The notes beneath the pieces were generated by a model that saw only the letters and a list, made by a program, of their open reading frames with translations, ran no database searches and was not told where the DNA came from. A DNA stretch of 63,783 bases, filler included, from Octopus bimaculoides (taxonomy: Eukaryota), in NCBI RefSeq assembly GCF_001194135.2. It is 11 parts of 10 records of this genome, joined end to end, with 100 filler letters (N's around TTAATTAATTAA, not from the genome) between each part and the next. Parts side by side here need not be neighbours in the genome. Positions count along the whole stretch, not along the records: positions 21,176 to 33,948 come from NC_068987.1; positions 34,049 to 37,443 come from NC_068987.1; positions 37,544 to 39,313 come from NW_026426198.1; 8 more parts are not named here. One strand, given 5' to 3'. A program made the translations under genes and the position numbers. Of this stretch, positions 24,071-37,789 are shown piece after piece (position 1 is the stretch's first letter; each line of letters begins with the position of its first letter).

Positions 24071-25722
24071 GGCTTCAAATGAACTGTTGCTTGCAACCGG
24101 TTTATTCTTAATACCCCAAATCTGTTCTTACGACAGTTTTTTTTTCTTTTTAAACAGTAATGAATATATGTTATTCACCGCACATCGACAATCTATTTAC
24201 TTTATTTTCTGTACCCCGACACCTATCACAGTCTTTCCTAACATCGTTCTCCCCAGCAGGCTTCACTTACAAAACAGCCACCCTAGTATAGTGCATTATT
24301 CTCTTAGAAAAAATAATAAATAAAATGAAATAAAATAGACAGTTACTGCAACTGTGTGTATATGTCGAAGGACTGTTACAAATTTCGATAATGTCCTCAG
24401 TTGTTACTTCCATTTCACCAACTTTGACGAATATTTTTTAGCTTTCATCTCCATCAGTCCATCTATTCCTGATCACATCTAACGTATGCTGCAACGTGCA
24501 CAAACGTTTTCCTTAACTTAGAAACACATTCTAAATATTCCTATTTTCATTTTTTCTGCTGAAGAACAAATCAAAACAACTGTCATAGTTTTGGGTTTAT
24601 TACATAACATCGTAGTCCCCCCCCTCCAAAACAGATCTAACCCAAACCTTCGGTTATTTTATTGAAGATATTAACTAAGCTGCCTACAAGATTAGTGCAA
24701 TATTATGAAATAGAGCACTGCTAACATGTGTCCTGCGTACCATAAGGGTGAATTTCCAGAGAGGGTCGGTCATCGAGTGTTAATATGACTGATTGCTGTT
24801 TCTTCTACTCTGGAAACTTAATTCCTCTCTGTTGTGGTTCTCGCCCTGGTTCATACAGAGCAGCGGATCTTTTTCTCTGCTACTCTTCTTCATACACAGA
24901 AAACAAGTGTGATTAGAGAATAAAACCAATATTACATTACTAAAAAATACAAATAGAATTTAAACTTATTTTGGTAAGTGTATGTGTGTCCTGAATAAGT
25001 GCATGTCCGACTGTCTTTTTGACAATTTCATTACTGGGACATAGAAAACAATTCTTGAAACAACCCACCCACAAACACACATTCACAATGCAGATCTGTA
25101 AGCTTTCCTTTTGAATCTTTAATTTCGCCAAGTTCAAGTTTTTTTGTGTAAACCATATTTTAACTTGTACTATTGAAGGTCTCCCTTTGTGTGTGTATGT
25201 GTATATATTACTTTTCTTTTTATTGTTTATGTTTAGACTCTCCCACCATGCTTTTAAATTTCACTCGTATGTATTGATGATAAACAAATTTCTTTAAAGT
25301 CTGTGATAATCCTATTTCTGCTCTCACATCCCTTTAATTTTCTGTTCAGTTTTTAACATAAACCTCTGCAGACATGAATCAATCGAATCCTCACAACAAT
25401 TAGCTGGTTTGACAAGGTCACTTAAAAACTTTTATAATTGACCGAAACGTGCCTTATTGATCTCACTTCATCATAAAAATCTTTCTTTTTGTTGGGAGTT
25501 TATATTATTTTTTTTCTCTTTTAAAAGGCATTATTCTTCATCATCATCGTTACTGGCCTTTTCTTTCTGTTGTTGTTTACGTCGAAGTTTCCCTGACGTA
25601 TTTTCATGAGTCAGGGTTAAAATAATTTTTTAAAATAGCTAAAAACAATATCTAACGAAAAGACTAGCCCAAACACCAAAGAAAGAACCGTTAATTGTAC
25701 AGATACCTGTTTCTTCTATAAG

Positions 25723-25779
25723 ATACCAAGTGGAAAAAAAAAGGACATCTGCCACAGAAGATACGAAATTTTTCATTTG
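25723..25779 (+). CDS. Candidate 57-nt symmetric exon, possibly the upstream exon of the Nudix gene (TKWKKKGHLPQKIRNFSF)
   Basis: Acceptor TTTCTTCTATAAG and donor TG|GTAAGT. The phase-1 exit fits the phase-1 entry of exon 63138, giving LPQKIRNFSF-D-VAPSQCMPF, which I recall as similar to the family N-terminus. All three frames are open. Confidence 0.3.
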
Positions 25780-25854
25780 GTAAGTTGCATTATTATATAT
25801 ATATTAAATATTTCTATTTCGAAGTTTATGCAATTATAGTTTAGAATATTGCAT

Positions 25855-26790
25855 ACCTACAAAAGTGTGCCCCTCCCCAGCCTTGTTTCCTCATAACTTT
25901 CAGTAAAATGGATATTATTAAATGAAATTTTCTACAAATACGTTTCAGATTATGTAGATTCCAATTATATTGCAATTTGGAGTGAAAAAAAAAGTCTCCT
26001 AGGGATGGGGAGAAGGGCTTTGGAAAATTCACACGAGTCAGCTTTATTTCCCCATAACTTTCAGAAAAATTTGTAATCCTTTTTAATGAAATTTTCTACA
26101 AACATCTTTTAGATGGTGTAGATTACGATTATATCGGAATTTAATGTGAAAAAAATAAAATTATGGGCTTGCACACAAGGCACACTAACCAGACAGCACA
26201 TATATTTACATAACGAAACTTGAAATTGTGAAACGTGCATGTGCTCACCAAATTCTTTTTTTGAATTAAATTCCGATATAATCGTCATCTACGCAATCTG
26301 AAAGGTATTTGTGGAAAATTTCATTAAAAAATACCCATTCTGTCCCACTGCGTGGCACCTTCTATTATAGCCTTGGACTGACCAAAGCCTTGTGAGTGGA
26401 TTTGGTAGACGGAAACTGAAAGAAGCCCATCGTAGATATGTATATATATGTATGTGTCTGTGTTTGTCCCCCCAACATCGCTTGACAACCTATGGTGGTG
26501 TGTTTATGTCCCCGTCACTTAGCGGTTTGGCAAAAGAGACCGATAGAATAAATACTAGGCTTCGAAAGAATAAGTCCTGGGGTCGATTTGCTCGACTAAA
26601 GGCGGTGCTCCAGCATGGCCACTGTCAAATGACTGAAACAAGTAAAAGAGTAAAAGTTGGCTCATGAATTTTCTGTAACTTCTTTCCACATCCCCAGAAA
26701 ATTTTTCACAACAAATTCTGATGATTTGGAATCTACACCATCTGAAGCATATTTGTACAAAATTTCATTAAGGTGTAACTGAGTAAGTTA
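25855..26790. mobile_element. Foldback-like element: 161-bp subrepeats in inverted arms, right arm interrupted by a SINE
   Basis: CATAACTTTCAG at 25892 and 26053; inverted arms 26080-26155 and 26256-26331; reverse unit resumes at 26660-26790. Confidence 0.7.
26341..26657 (+). mobile_element. SINE family A, 5'-truncated
   Basis: Starts at GTCCCACTGCGTGGCACC; ends GTAAAAGAGTAAAAG. Confidence 0.92.
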
Positions 26791-26848
26791 GAGGAAACAA
26801 AATGTGTGTGTATGTATGTATATGCACACACATGTATATATATATATA

Positions 26849-26905
<57 letters not shown>

Positions 26906-27279
26906 ACACATACATACCTATATAGATATGTATGCATATGCATGCTATTTTTAAAATGAAATATGTAGAACTAATTATATTTGAATACATTAAACATTTC
27001 CAGGTTATGAACCTCCATAAAATCATCGTTTATTAAAATTGCATGTTATGTACAAATAAATTGCTAATTAACAAACAGGCTGTTTTGCAGGTAATACTTG
27101 GTACAATTTCAGTGTTACTGCTCTGTACTAGACTGATGCTTTGTTCTGATGCATTTATGTATTGAATTCTAACACAAGTTATTTATATCGCTATGTAAAA
27201 TGATAAAATATATGTCTTTACATGTGTGTATAGTGCATGAAGCCATAAAAACCATGCAAAAGTAGACATTGGGGTTTGA

Positions 27280-27335
27280 TGCAGTCATCTGGCTTCCAAC
27301 CCATGGAAGATGGACGTTAAATGATAATGATGATA
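27280..27335 (+). mobile_element. RTE-type LINE 3' tail
   Basis: CCCATGGAAGATGGACGTTAAATGATAATGATGAT; similar to 60135-60190. Confidence 0.5.
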
Positions 27336-27368
27336 TATGTAGACATGTAAATGTTTATTTGTGATGAT

Positions 27369-27406
<38 letters not shown>

Positions 27407-27507
27407 NNNNNNNNNNNNNNNNNNNNNNNNNNNNNNNNNNNNNNNNNNNNNNNNNNNNNNNNNNNNNNNNNNNNNNNNNNNNNNNNNNNNNNNNNNNNNN
27501 NNNNNNC

Positions 27508-28826
27508 CCAACATGGTTTCCGACCAGGAAGAAGCTGCCTGACTCAGCTCTTACAGCACTATGACTGAGTGCTGAAATAGCCGCTGAACCACTCATATGT
27601 GGAAGTGATATATCTCGACTTTGCAAAGGCCTTTGATAAAGTCGATCATGGAATGATATGTCACACACTGCGTGATCTCGGCATATTTGGAAAATTGGGA
27701 GAATGGCTTCATGACTTTCTGAAGGATAGAAGTCAGGTGGTAGTATCCAATGGGGCCACCTCCAATGATACACAAATAGTGCGCTGTGTTCCACTACTGT
27801 TCATAATGGCCCTCTCAGATATGCCCTCAGCCACACAGAGAGCCACAATAACAAGTTATGCAGATGATACAAAAGTCTCACAGGTAATACAGAACCCTGA
27901 AGACACTATGCACCTGCAATGTGAGCTAGATGAAATATACAAGTGGGCTGAAAAGAATAGCATGCAGTTTAATGCTGAAAAGTTTCAAGCCTTGTTCTAT
28001 CAGCATGCAAAACTAAATGCAGTACCCGTTAAATACATTGGACCTGGAGGGACTGCAATTCCAGAGGCACAGTCAGTGCGAGACCTGGGCATTTACATGA
28101 GTAATAATGCATCCTTTCATGTTCATGTTGCTAAATTGGCAATGAAATGCAGGCGACTGACCAGATGGATTCTTAGGAAACCATGATGGTCCTCTGGAGG
28201 ACACTTGTTCTAAGCCACTTTGACTATTGCTCTCAGCTATGGTCACCAACCTGTGTCAAATTAATCTCAGAACTTGAGGCAATCCAACGAAGCTACACGA
28301 AGAAGATAGCCTCCTCTATGCAGCATATAAGCTATTGAGAAAGATTCAAGAGATTAAGACTCTATTCCTTAGAGTGTAGGCAAGAAAGATATGCCATAAT
28401 ATACATCTGGAAGATCCTCAAAGGAATTGTCCCAAACTTTAGCATCGAAAGTTACACAAATAAAAGAACTGGACGCCATTGCATAGTGCAAAGGACCCCA
28501 AACTTGCCATCAAGATGTAGGACAAGATACTGCAATAGCCTGGGCTTCAGAAGTCCACTGCTCTTCAATATCATCCCAAAGGACCTGAGAGACCTGCATG
28601 GGGTGGATGTAGCTGTCTCCAAGATGAGGCTGGACCTCTTCCTCTCAGGTGTCCCAGATGAACCAACTTCGCGGCAGGAGGTGCAGATGAGGGCAGCTGC
28701 ATCAAACTCTCTCATGCACCAAATGTCAATTCCTGAAGTAAAATTGTGTAGCAACACCAAATGGCGGTGCCCCAGCATGGCTACGGCTCATGAGCTGAAA
28801 CTAGATAAAATGAAAAAGAAATGAAA
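27508..28826 (+). mobile_element. CR1-group LINE, RT and 3' end, degenerate
   Basis: VIYLDFAKAFDKVDHG, YADDTK, IYKWAEKNSMQFNAEK, DYCSQLWSP; tail GGCGGTGCCCCAGCATGG..CGGCTCATGAGCTGAAAC. Confidence 0.92.
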
Positions 28827-28835
28827 AATATATAT

Positions 28836-29777
28836 TGATACGAACGCCGAAAAACACAAAAAACGTTATGTCCCTCTTCCACAAGTTAGGTTCGAAACTG
28901 TACTCTAGTTATTCAGGACAGTGGTATTTCCTTTGTCCTGTCAACGAGCACGGTTATTTATGGCCGTAGGAACCTGATCTCTGACCCTTTCCAATCACCG
29001 AGAGTTTAAACTAACCCAGCTTTGGAGGGGGGAACGGTAGGTACGGTATACCTATCTTTCTGGCTGATTACCTGGCATAAATACAGGAGCATAGATTTGG
29101 AAGCGGTCAGTCGGTGAAGAGCCTTTGAGTGATGTCAGTCAGTGAAGAACCAGTTCAGTGACAGGGGCTGAAATGGATAGAAGGCAGCTAGTATGTAGGA
29201 GAAGCGGTCAGTGGAAAAGAGGCAGATAGGCACTGAGGCAGTCTGAGAGAGAGACAGAGAGATGGAACTGTTGTGGCTGGCAAAGTGACGTAGTGGCAGA
29301 TTGTAGTGGGAGACTGTGTTGGTCAGAAGAAAGAAATTTGTTGCGGTAAATGTTTGCTTATATTTTTAAAGAAAGTGTACTTGCGTTGTCAAATGTTTTT
29401 GTAAAGAAAAGAAAGAAAAAGCAAGAACTCTGTTGTTAAATGTTTTAAAAGAAAAGAAGAGAAAAAAAAGAACTCTCTTGTTAACTGTGTTGTTAAACAA
29501 AAGGAAAAGAAAAGAAAAACAAAAGAAGCAAAAGAACTTTGTTAAATTACTCTTGAGAAACGAACTTTGTAATGTGAAATGATTGAAAACCTTTGTGATG
29601 TTAAATAGTTGAAAAGAAAAAGAAACTTTGTAATGTTAAATGTTGAGAAGAACCTTGTTGTTAAATGTTAAATGCGTTTTTTGAAAGAACTATTGTTATG
29701 GAATGTTGTTTTGTTTTGAAAAAAAAAATTAGTTTGACTACGCAACGTATAGTCTGTGTTATTTCTTTTGTTGTTAT
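28836..29777 (+). mobile_element. Probable LTR (solo, or running into the gap)
   Basis: Starts TG, TATA-like CATAAATA near 29076, repeated CAGTCAGTGAAGA, AT-rich iterated GAACTTTG/GTTAAATG units. The end is hidden by Ns. Confidence 0.4.
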
Positions 29778-30320
29778 NNNNNNNNNNNNNNNNNNNNNNN
29801 NNNNNNNNNNNNNNNNNNNNNNNNNNNNNNNNNNNNNNNNNNNNNNNNNNNNNNNNNNNNNNNNNNNNNNNNNNNNNNNNNNNNNNNNNNNNNNNNNNNN
29901 NNNNNNNNNNNNNNNNNNNNNNNNNNNNNNNNNNNNNNNNNNNNNNNNNNNNNNNNNNNNNNNNNNNNNNNNNNNNNNNNNNNNNNNNNNNNNNNNNNNN
30001 NNNNNNNNNNNNNNNNNNNNNNNNNNNNNNNNNNNNNNNNNNNNNNNNNNNNNNNNNNNNNNNNNNNNNNNNNNNNNNNNNNNNNNNNNNNNNNNNNNNN
30101 NNNNNNNNNNNNNNNNNNNNNNNNNNNNNNNNNNNNNNNNNNNNNNNNNNNNNNNNNNNNNNNNNNNNNNNNNNNNNNNNNNNNNNNNNNNNNNNNNNNN
30201 NNNNNNNNNNNNNNNNNNNNNNNNNNNNNNNNNNNNNNNNNNNNNNNNNNNNNNNNNNNNNNNNNNNNNNNNNNNNNNNNNNNNNNNNNNNNNNNNNNNN
30301 NNNNNNNNNNNNNNNNNNNN

Positions 30321-30981
30321 TAAATACATATATAGAACTAATATAGGTAAGGAATTCTTAAAATTGGTAACTAGGCACTTTCAACCTGATCATAAGTTTT
30401 ACAGAATATTTAATAGAAGAACGCTTAAGATTAGCTATTCTTGCTGCAAAAACTTCGCCTCTTTGATCAGCCAGCACAACAATAAGATAATTGCCAAAAA
30501 CAATAATGCCGACCCACTTACAAAGAGCTGTAATTGCAAAGATTGAACCTCCTGTCCGTTGGAAGGGAGATGTCTAGAAAAGGGTATCGTATATAGGGCC
30601 AAAGTCCAGATAGAAGGCTCGCATGATTATAGAACTTACACAGGGACTACAGAAAATTCTTTCAAAACCAGGCTGTATTCGCACAAAAATTCTTTTAGAT
30701 ACCCTGAAAATAGGACAAAGACGAACCTAGCAAAATACGTCTGGCAATTAAAGGAAAATGAAGCCCAGCCTTTCAACGTGACATGGAGGATTTTAGGCAG
30801 AGCATCGCCTTACAGACATGGTGCCCATAAAAGACCATTGAAATGTGATCTTTGTTTATTGGAAAAACTCAATATCTTATTCCAGGATAAGAAGGCGCTA
30901 AACCAAAGACGCGAACTTTTAAATACATGTAGACATGCGTCCAACTTTAAAATGTCGGCAAGTAATATACTGTATGGATAG
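30321..30981 (+). mobile_element. Penelope-like element C-terminus with GIY-YIG endonuclease
   Basis: SCNCKD*TSCPLEGRCL (one premature stop), IVYRAKV..YTGTTENSFKTRLYSH, CDLCLLEK..LNQRRE..CRH. Confidence 0.9.
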
Positions 30982-31221
30982 TATATATATATTTTTTTGA
31001 TAATGTTTGACTCCTTGTAACCATTGTGCAATCTCACTATTGGATTGGTACTGAATTATAAATGATTTATTTAGCGTTGTAAGAATTTTGTATAGACCCC
31101 TACGTCATTTCAAGGAAACCTTCGACTGTTATATACATAGTTTTTTCTTCTCCCTTGTTTTTACTTTTTACTTCATTCTATTCTTTTTATTTTATCTCAG
31201 ACAATAAAGAATCTTTTTGAT

Positions 31222-32200
31222 AAGCCTGCAGAATGACCTAAATGCAATATACAAGTGGGCAGAGCAAAATAATATGCAGTTCAATGCAAAAAATTTCAAA
31301 TACTGCGCTACAAGGCCACAAGTGCCCCCCAACTGGCATATACAGGACCTGGAGGTACTGCAATCCCAGAACCACAAACAGTGAGAGACCTGGGCATCAA
31401 CATGTGTAGTGATGCATCATTTCACATGCACATTGTCAAGTTGACAGCAAAGTGCAGACAACTGGCAGGGTGGATACTGAGGACATTCCGAACAAGGGAT
31501 CAAAAAGTCGTGTTGACTCTATGGAAGACATTTGTTCTGAGCCGCGTAGACTATTGCTCTCAGTTGTGGTCACCACACAGTGTCAAGCGGACAGCAGAAC
31601 TTGAGGCAATTCAGCGTCATTATACAAAAAAGATCACCACAGTCCAGCAGATGAACTACAGGGAGTGACTGAAGGCACTAGGTTTCTACTCCCTGGAGCG
31701 CAGGCGGGAGAGATATGTAATAATTTACACATGGAAAATACTGGAAGGACTGGTACCAAACTTTGGCATCAAGTACTACACGAATGCCCGCACAGGTCGC
31801 CACTGCATGGTACCAAGGGTACCGTCCACTGCATCTCACATAAGAACAAGGTACTGCAACAGCCTCGGTTTCAGAGGACCTCAGCTCTTTAATGCCCTGC
31901 CAAAACAATTGAGAGACATGCAAGACATGGATATAGAGGTCTTCAAAACAAAACTCGACATTTTCCTCTCCATGATACCAGACGAACCAATGGCTCGAAA
32001 TGAGACACAGTTGAGGGCAGCGATGTCAAATTCTCTTATACGCCAAATGTGCCATCAAAACTCTTGATTGGACTATATCAGGTGGAGGAGAAGAGCCATG
32101 CAAGGGACGTGAAGAGAGCACAGCATAAAGACGGAAAGTCACGGTGGTGCTCCAGCATGACTGCAGCCACTTGGCTGAAACGCATAAATAAATAAAGGAA
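31222..32200 (+). mobile_element. CR1-group LINE 3' portion (second subfamily)
   Basis: LQNDLNAIYKWAEQNNMQFNA, SRVDYCSQLWSP, YSLERRRERY; tail GGTGCTCCAGCATGACTGCAGCCACTTGGCTGAAAC. Confidence 0.92.
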
Positions 32201-32215
32201 TAAATATATATATAA

Positions 32216-32269
<54 letters not shown>

Positions 32270-32809
32270 TTGTATATAGATATATATATATATAGTTTTT
32301 TCGTTTAATATATAGACTGCACTGTGATGTTAGATATATATATTATATTTAAAAGAAAAATTCAGAATAATACAACATATTCTCAGCTGTAAGAATGGTG
32401 TATACAAATTATTAAAATATATTTAATGTATCACTCATTAAAATATTAAAAAATATAAAAAATTTACAGATACATAAATATATAAAAATATAATAGACAT
32501 ATGTGTGTAGAAAAATCTATACTGATGTATAAAAATATATTAGCATCTTAAAAATTGAAAACGTCCTATTTACAGATTAGGAGCTTTGTTAAAAAAATGT
32601 GAAAAAATAAAAGTGTAAATCCGCACGAAAAAGTGAATAAAATGTTTATGCATCCAAATGGAAGGTAAAGTTTCCAATGATTAGATGGTGGCACTCTTGT
32701 TTCAAGAATCTAGTGGTGATACTCTGATGGCTGTTTCAAGGGTACAGTAATCCATGCAAATAAAGGATATTCCTATCCAAATTTATTTGTATGGATTACT
32801 GTATCTTTT

Positions 32810-33370
32810 ATTTGTTAGTTTTTGTATGTGGCAGATGCACAGGGGCAATAATAACCAAAGATGTACAGAAAACAGATTCCATCACATACCAGGGGGAAAA
32901 ACTAGAAGTAGTTGATAGCTTCTGTTACCTAGGTAACCAAGTCAGTAGCTGGGGTGGATGCTCTGAGAGCATAGCTGCTAGAATAAGAATAGCTTGGGCA
33001 AAGTTCAGGGAGCCCTTACCTCTGCTGGTAATAAAGGGCCTCTCGCTCAGAGTGGAAGGTAGACTGTATGAAATATGTGTGTGAACAGCCATGCTGCACG
33101 ACAGTGAAACATGGGCTGTGACTGCTGAGGACATGCATACGCTCAAAAGAAATGAAGCCAGTATGCTCTGCTGGATGTGTAATGTCAGTGTGCATACACT
33201 ACAGTGTAAGCGCTCAGAGAGAAAAGTCGGACATAAGAAGCATCAGATGTAGTGTGCAAGAGAGATGACTGCACTGGTATGGTCATGTGTTGAGTATGGA
33301 TGAGGATAGTTGTGTGAAGAAGTATCACAGCCTAACATTGGAAGGAACCTTTGGAAGAGGTAGACCCAGT
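32810..33370 (+). mobile_element. RTE-clade LINE fragment
   Basis: LEVVDSFCYLG..ARIRIAWAKFRE..MLHDSETWA..GRGRP. Confidence 0.88.
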
Positions 33371-34241
33371 GTCCTGTACTTTTCCAGATTTACAATCTTA
33401 AGAATATTATTTCTCTTGCTTGCATTTTTCCATGTAATCCATATTTTTTCCAGGCTATGCTATTATGCTAATTAATAATCTGTCAAATGTGTCAATTAGC
33501 AGTGTCATTGATAATTTTTTCCTTACCTCAACGAGGCCGGTGACATATTTTAAAAGACCACTAGAACTATATTCATAAAAAAGTATAGAACTATATTATC
33601 ACCCTCAAATTTGAGAAGCAAACACTCATAACTTTTTTCTTTTAAAACTTCATTGCATGAGATTGATACTAAGAAATTCCTCAGATTGAGCTCTGTCATT
33701 TAAGCTTAATTAAAATATAGTTTGTTTTTAAAATACAAAAGTTAATCATACTTAAATCCAACTTTCTGCCTTACTTATATTTACAAATGTTTGTTGCATG
33801 GGACCAAAACTATGCAGTTTTTCACATTTTCTTCTATCATTGAAGTTAAGATAAATATATTTTGCTTTTAAAATAAAAAAGTTATTTAGATCTAAACTTG
33901 ATTGGTGGCATTACTTACTCTCCTATAATGTTGCTACAAAGTTTGATGNNNNNNNNNNNNNNNNNNNNNNNNNNNNNNNNNNNNNNNNNNNNTTAATTAA
34001 TTAANNNNNNNNNNNNNNNNNNNNNNNNNNNNNNNNNNNNNNNNNNNNTATATATATATATATACATACATACATACATACATACATACATACACACACA
34101 CAGAGACGCACTAACATATCATTATGTCATGGTTTCTTTGAAAAAAATGAAAATAGCTGATGTACTCTGAAAAGAACTCCGATGATATAAAAAGAAAATA
34201 ACAATATAAACCAAACATCACTGCTGATTTTGTTATATGTA

Positions 34242-34277
<36 letters not shown>

Positions 34278-34957
34278 AACATCATAAATAGTTATAAAAA
34301 TTTCTATAGCGCACCTACCTGCATCTATCTAATGTGCACGCACGTTCGTATCCATGGCTTTGTTGCCTATGCATAAATAGATCACTATGTACAGATGGCG
34401 TTGAATGTTTAATAATTTTCCTGAAAGAGCAAGCAGACAGGCAGGTAGACAGAGACAGAGAGAGACTTACAGGCAAGGCAAAGCAAGGCAAGGCATAGTG
34501 AAGTAGATTGACAAGACACACGAAGAGAAACATTTATTTTTGCTCGAGCCGAGAAATATATATGCTTTATGTATTATAAATGAATGAATCTACGAAACCA
34601 GTCTCAAATCTACTATTTGTGCTATGATTCCTGGAATTTATTACCATGTTAGTTTGGAGCTGGACTATTATCGTTATTAATAACACTTGCACTGGAACCA
34701 ATATTTCTAGTGTTTGTTACCGTCTATATACGGAGATCAAAGCAACTAACAAACATATTGTTAGGAGCGTATTAAACATTCTCCCTAATGAGCGAATATA
34801 CGGACACCAGTTACTACGTTACTCAGGTAAGGAGCAAGAAATCGTGCGAACACTTTCTTCGGCGACCAAACAGAACGACCCCTTCGTTCCTTTCAATATA
34901 TTTTATGTTTTTTCTCAAATATTCTTCAAATACATACATACGTACATACACATACGC

Positions 34958-35095
<138 letters not shown>

Positions 35096-35394
35096 TTACC
35101 GTGCTAGAAAAATTACTCTTTTCGTTGTCTGTCTTTTATTCATCATATTTTCTTTCTTTGTTTGTTTGTTTCTTTCTTTTTATGCTTCATTCTTTCTTTC
35201 CGTTTTATTGTTGCGGTGTAACCAATCCAGGTTCTATCTTTAAACATGCATCAATTATCACGATGAGCTAGAATTCGCAACGTTTAAGCATCAGTTTTGA
35301 ACAAATTCGCCGAATGTAAGGGTATATGCTTGTATGCACACACGCCTGTACGAATCTATGTATTCATGTATGTATGCGTGGATGTGTGTATATA

Positions 35395-35433
<39 letters not shown>

Positions 35434-36037
35434 GCATACATATATTGCTGTAGAAAGTACACCTTCCTAAGTTATATTTTCCAAGTAAAATATTATCAAC
35501 TATTTCATTATATATACATATGTATATTTCCCCCTAAATAAAAACAATTTTCATTAAATTACCATTTTTATGTAAATCACTTTAATAGACACGAAATCAA
35601 TATGTGGCTAATTTTTTCCTTCCGCTTCATTTTATATTATTATTACGTTTCTATTTCATTAAAATTTTTTTTTAATCAATACATTTAAGAGCGATTAAAA
35701 TTCGGAAATTGTTATAATATTTATTAATATTTTGTAGACACAATATATTATATTTCAGTGTAATATATAAATAGATTTGATATTTGAATAATTTTAATGA
35801 TACCGGTTACATAGGAATAGATGCAATGGTCTAATGTTCATAATACGGGACTTTCTATCAATGTATGGATAAGACTGAAAAATACTCAAATTCATCTGTT
35901 TGAATGTGTGATCGTGTCTGTGTGCGTATACTCATGTGTGTGTGTGTGTGTGTATGTGTGTGAAATTCAAATATATATACATATATATAATAATATTAGG
36001 GATAAAATCCAAAATTACGGTTTCTTTTCCCTAAAAC

Positions 36038-36070
<33 letters not shown>

Positions 36071-37094
36071 ATATATANNNNNNNNNNNNNNNNNNNNNNN
36101 NNNNNNNNNNNNNNNNNNNNNNNNNNNNNNNNNNNNNNNNNNNNNNNNNNNNNNNNNNNNNNNNNNNNNNNNNNNNNNNNNNNNNNNNNNNNNNNNNNNN
36201 NNNNNNNNNNNNNNNNNNNNNNNNNNNNNNNNNNNNNNNNNNNNNNNNNNNNNNNNNNNNNNNNNNNNNNNNNNNNNNNNNNNNNNNNNNNNNNNNNNNN
36301 NNNNNNNNNNNNNNNNNNNNNNNNNNNNNNNNNNNNNNNNNNNNNNNNNNNNNNNNNNNNNNNNNNNNNNNNNNNNNNNTATATATATATATATATATAT
36401 ATATTTGTAGATATACGTTGTATACATTCACACCTAAATGCATCCATATTCATGCACATTCATATATATATATATATATGTATATGTATATGCGTTTGTA
36501 CATATATACATGCTTATTAATATGTATACGGATGTACATACATATACACAAACTTGCATGAACATAAATATACGCATACACACACACAGCACATGCATAT
36601 TTGTATTCCCTAAAATTCCATTAAAGGATTAAATTTACTTGTAATCACTTTTTTTCTTCCATCAGTTTAATTAAATTCTCAATTTAGTCTTTACAGTAAT
36701 TAAGTCATCTCTTGGATAAACCGTTAATCATTCGCTTGCTGTAATAAAATTTTAAGGAAAATTTATGCAAATTAGTTTCCATAAACAAACTATTATAAAC
36801 CTTTATATATTTATTGCTTATTTTATACGTTTTATTTTCCGTTCGAAGACTTAATTCTCCTATTAATTTGAGAAATCATTGCAGAAAGTTTATCGTGAAA
36901 TCATTTAACTAATCATCGATCTATTATTTGGTTGATTGTTCATTGAGTTCTCGCTGAAAATGATCATTTATTATCGCTGTTTAGAATTCCTCCCTGGTGT
37001 ACGATAATTAATGCCATCTGTGACTGATAAATTGCGATGAATGGCTAACTATAAAGCTATGTTTCACACGCACATAAAAACAACAACAACAACA

Positions 37095-37290
37095 AGAATT
37101 TTGGTTTCAAATGTTGGCACCAGACCAGACCAGACCAGACCAGTGGTTTCGTGGGTAGGATTACGTCAACCCCAAGTGCTCAACTGGTAATTATTTTATC
37201 AACCCCTCGAAAGGATTACAAGTAAAACTGAATTCAGCGGAATTTGAGCCCAGAGCGTAATGACGGACGAAATGCTGCTAAGAATTTTCT
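37095..37290 (-). mobile_element. SINE family B, diverged copy with a third tail type
   Basis: GATTACGTCAACCCC..ACTGGTA..TTTATC.ACCCC..GAAAGGAT..GCGGAATTTGA. Confidence 0.7.
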
Positions 37291-37789
37291 CCTGCGTCGT
37301 CGTCGTCACCACCGCCACCACCACCACCACCACCACCACCACCATCAACAACAACAATAACAATTTTTCTAATATACAAAGAAAGCAAGAAATTTTCTGG
37401 GTAGGATTCTGTGGATTTGTTCGACCTCAGTATATGACTGCTANNNNNNNNNNNNNNNNNNNNNNNNNNNNNNNNNNNNNNNNNNNNTTAATTAATTAAN
37501 NNNNNNNNNNNNNNNNNNNNNNNNNNNNNNNNNNNNNNNNNNNATGAGCGTAATGTTAAGCTTCTCTTCGTGCGTGGTGAAATCGATAAACAACCCACAC
37601 TGCTTATCGTAGGATTTTCGTTGCTTTCCTTGTTTTCTTTCACTGGACACAATCTATGTCGGATACAATCGATTCTGAGAGAGTAAATGATAGAAAATCC
37701 GCTTGGAGTGAGGAGAAACCAGAGTGTGAAAGATAGAGAATGATAAAAAAAAGTAGTTCGTCAGTATTTGATTAGTGCTTTATGTAATG

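Noticed and set aside
30982-31140. Expected hammerhead downstream of the Penelope ORF
   Set aside because: No core motif found by eye; likely truncated or decayed.
34788-34826. Possible exon [13 protein letters not shown] with strong donor CAG|GTAAGG
   Set aside because: Frame and acceptor are ambiguous and the product is not recognised.
37544-37605. ATGA..GAAATCGATA with palindrome ATCGAT next to a gap
   Set aside because: The 5' core is in Ns and stem II is poor; cannot be supported.
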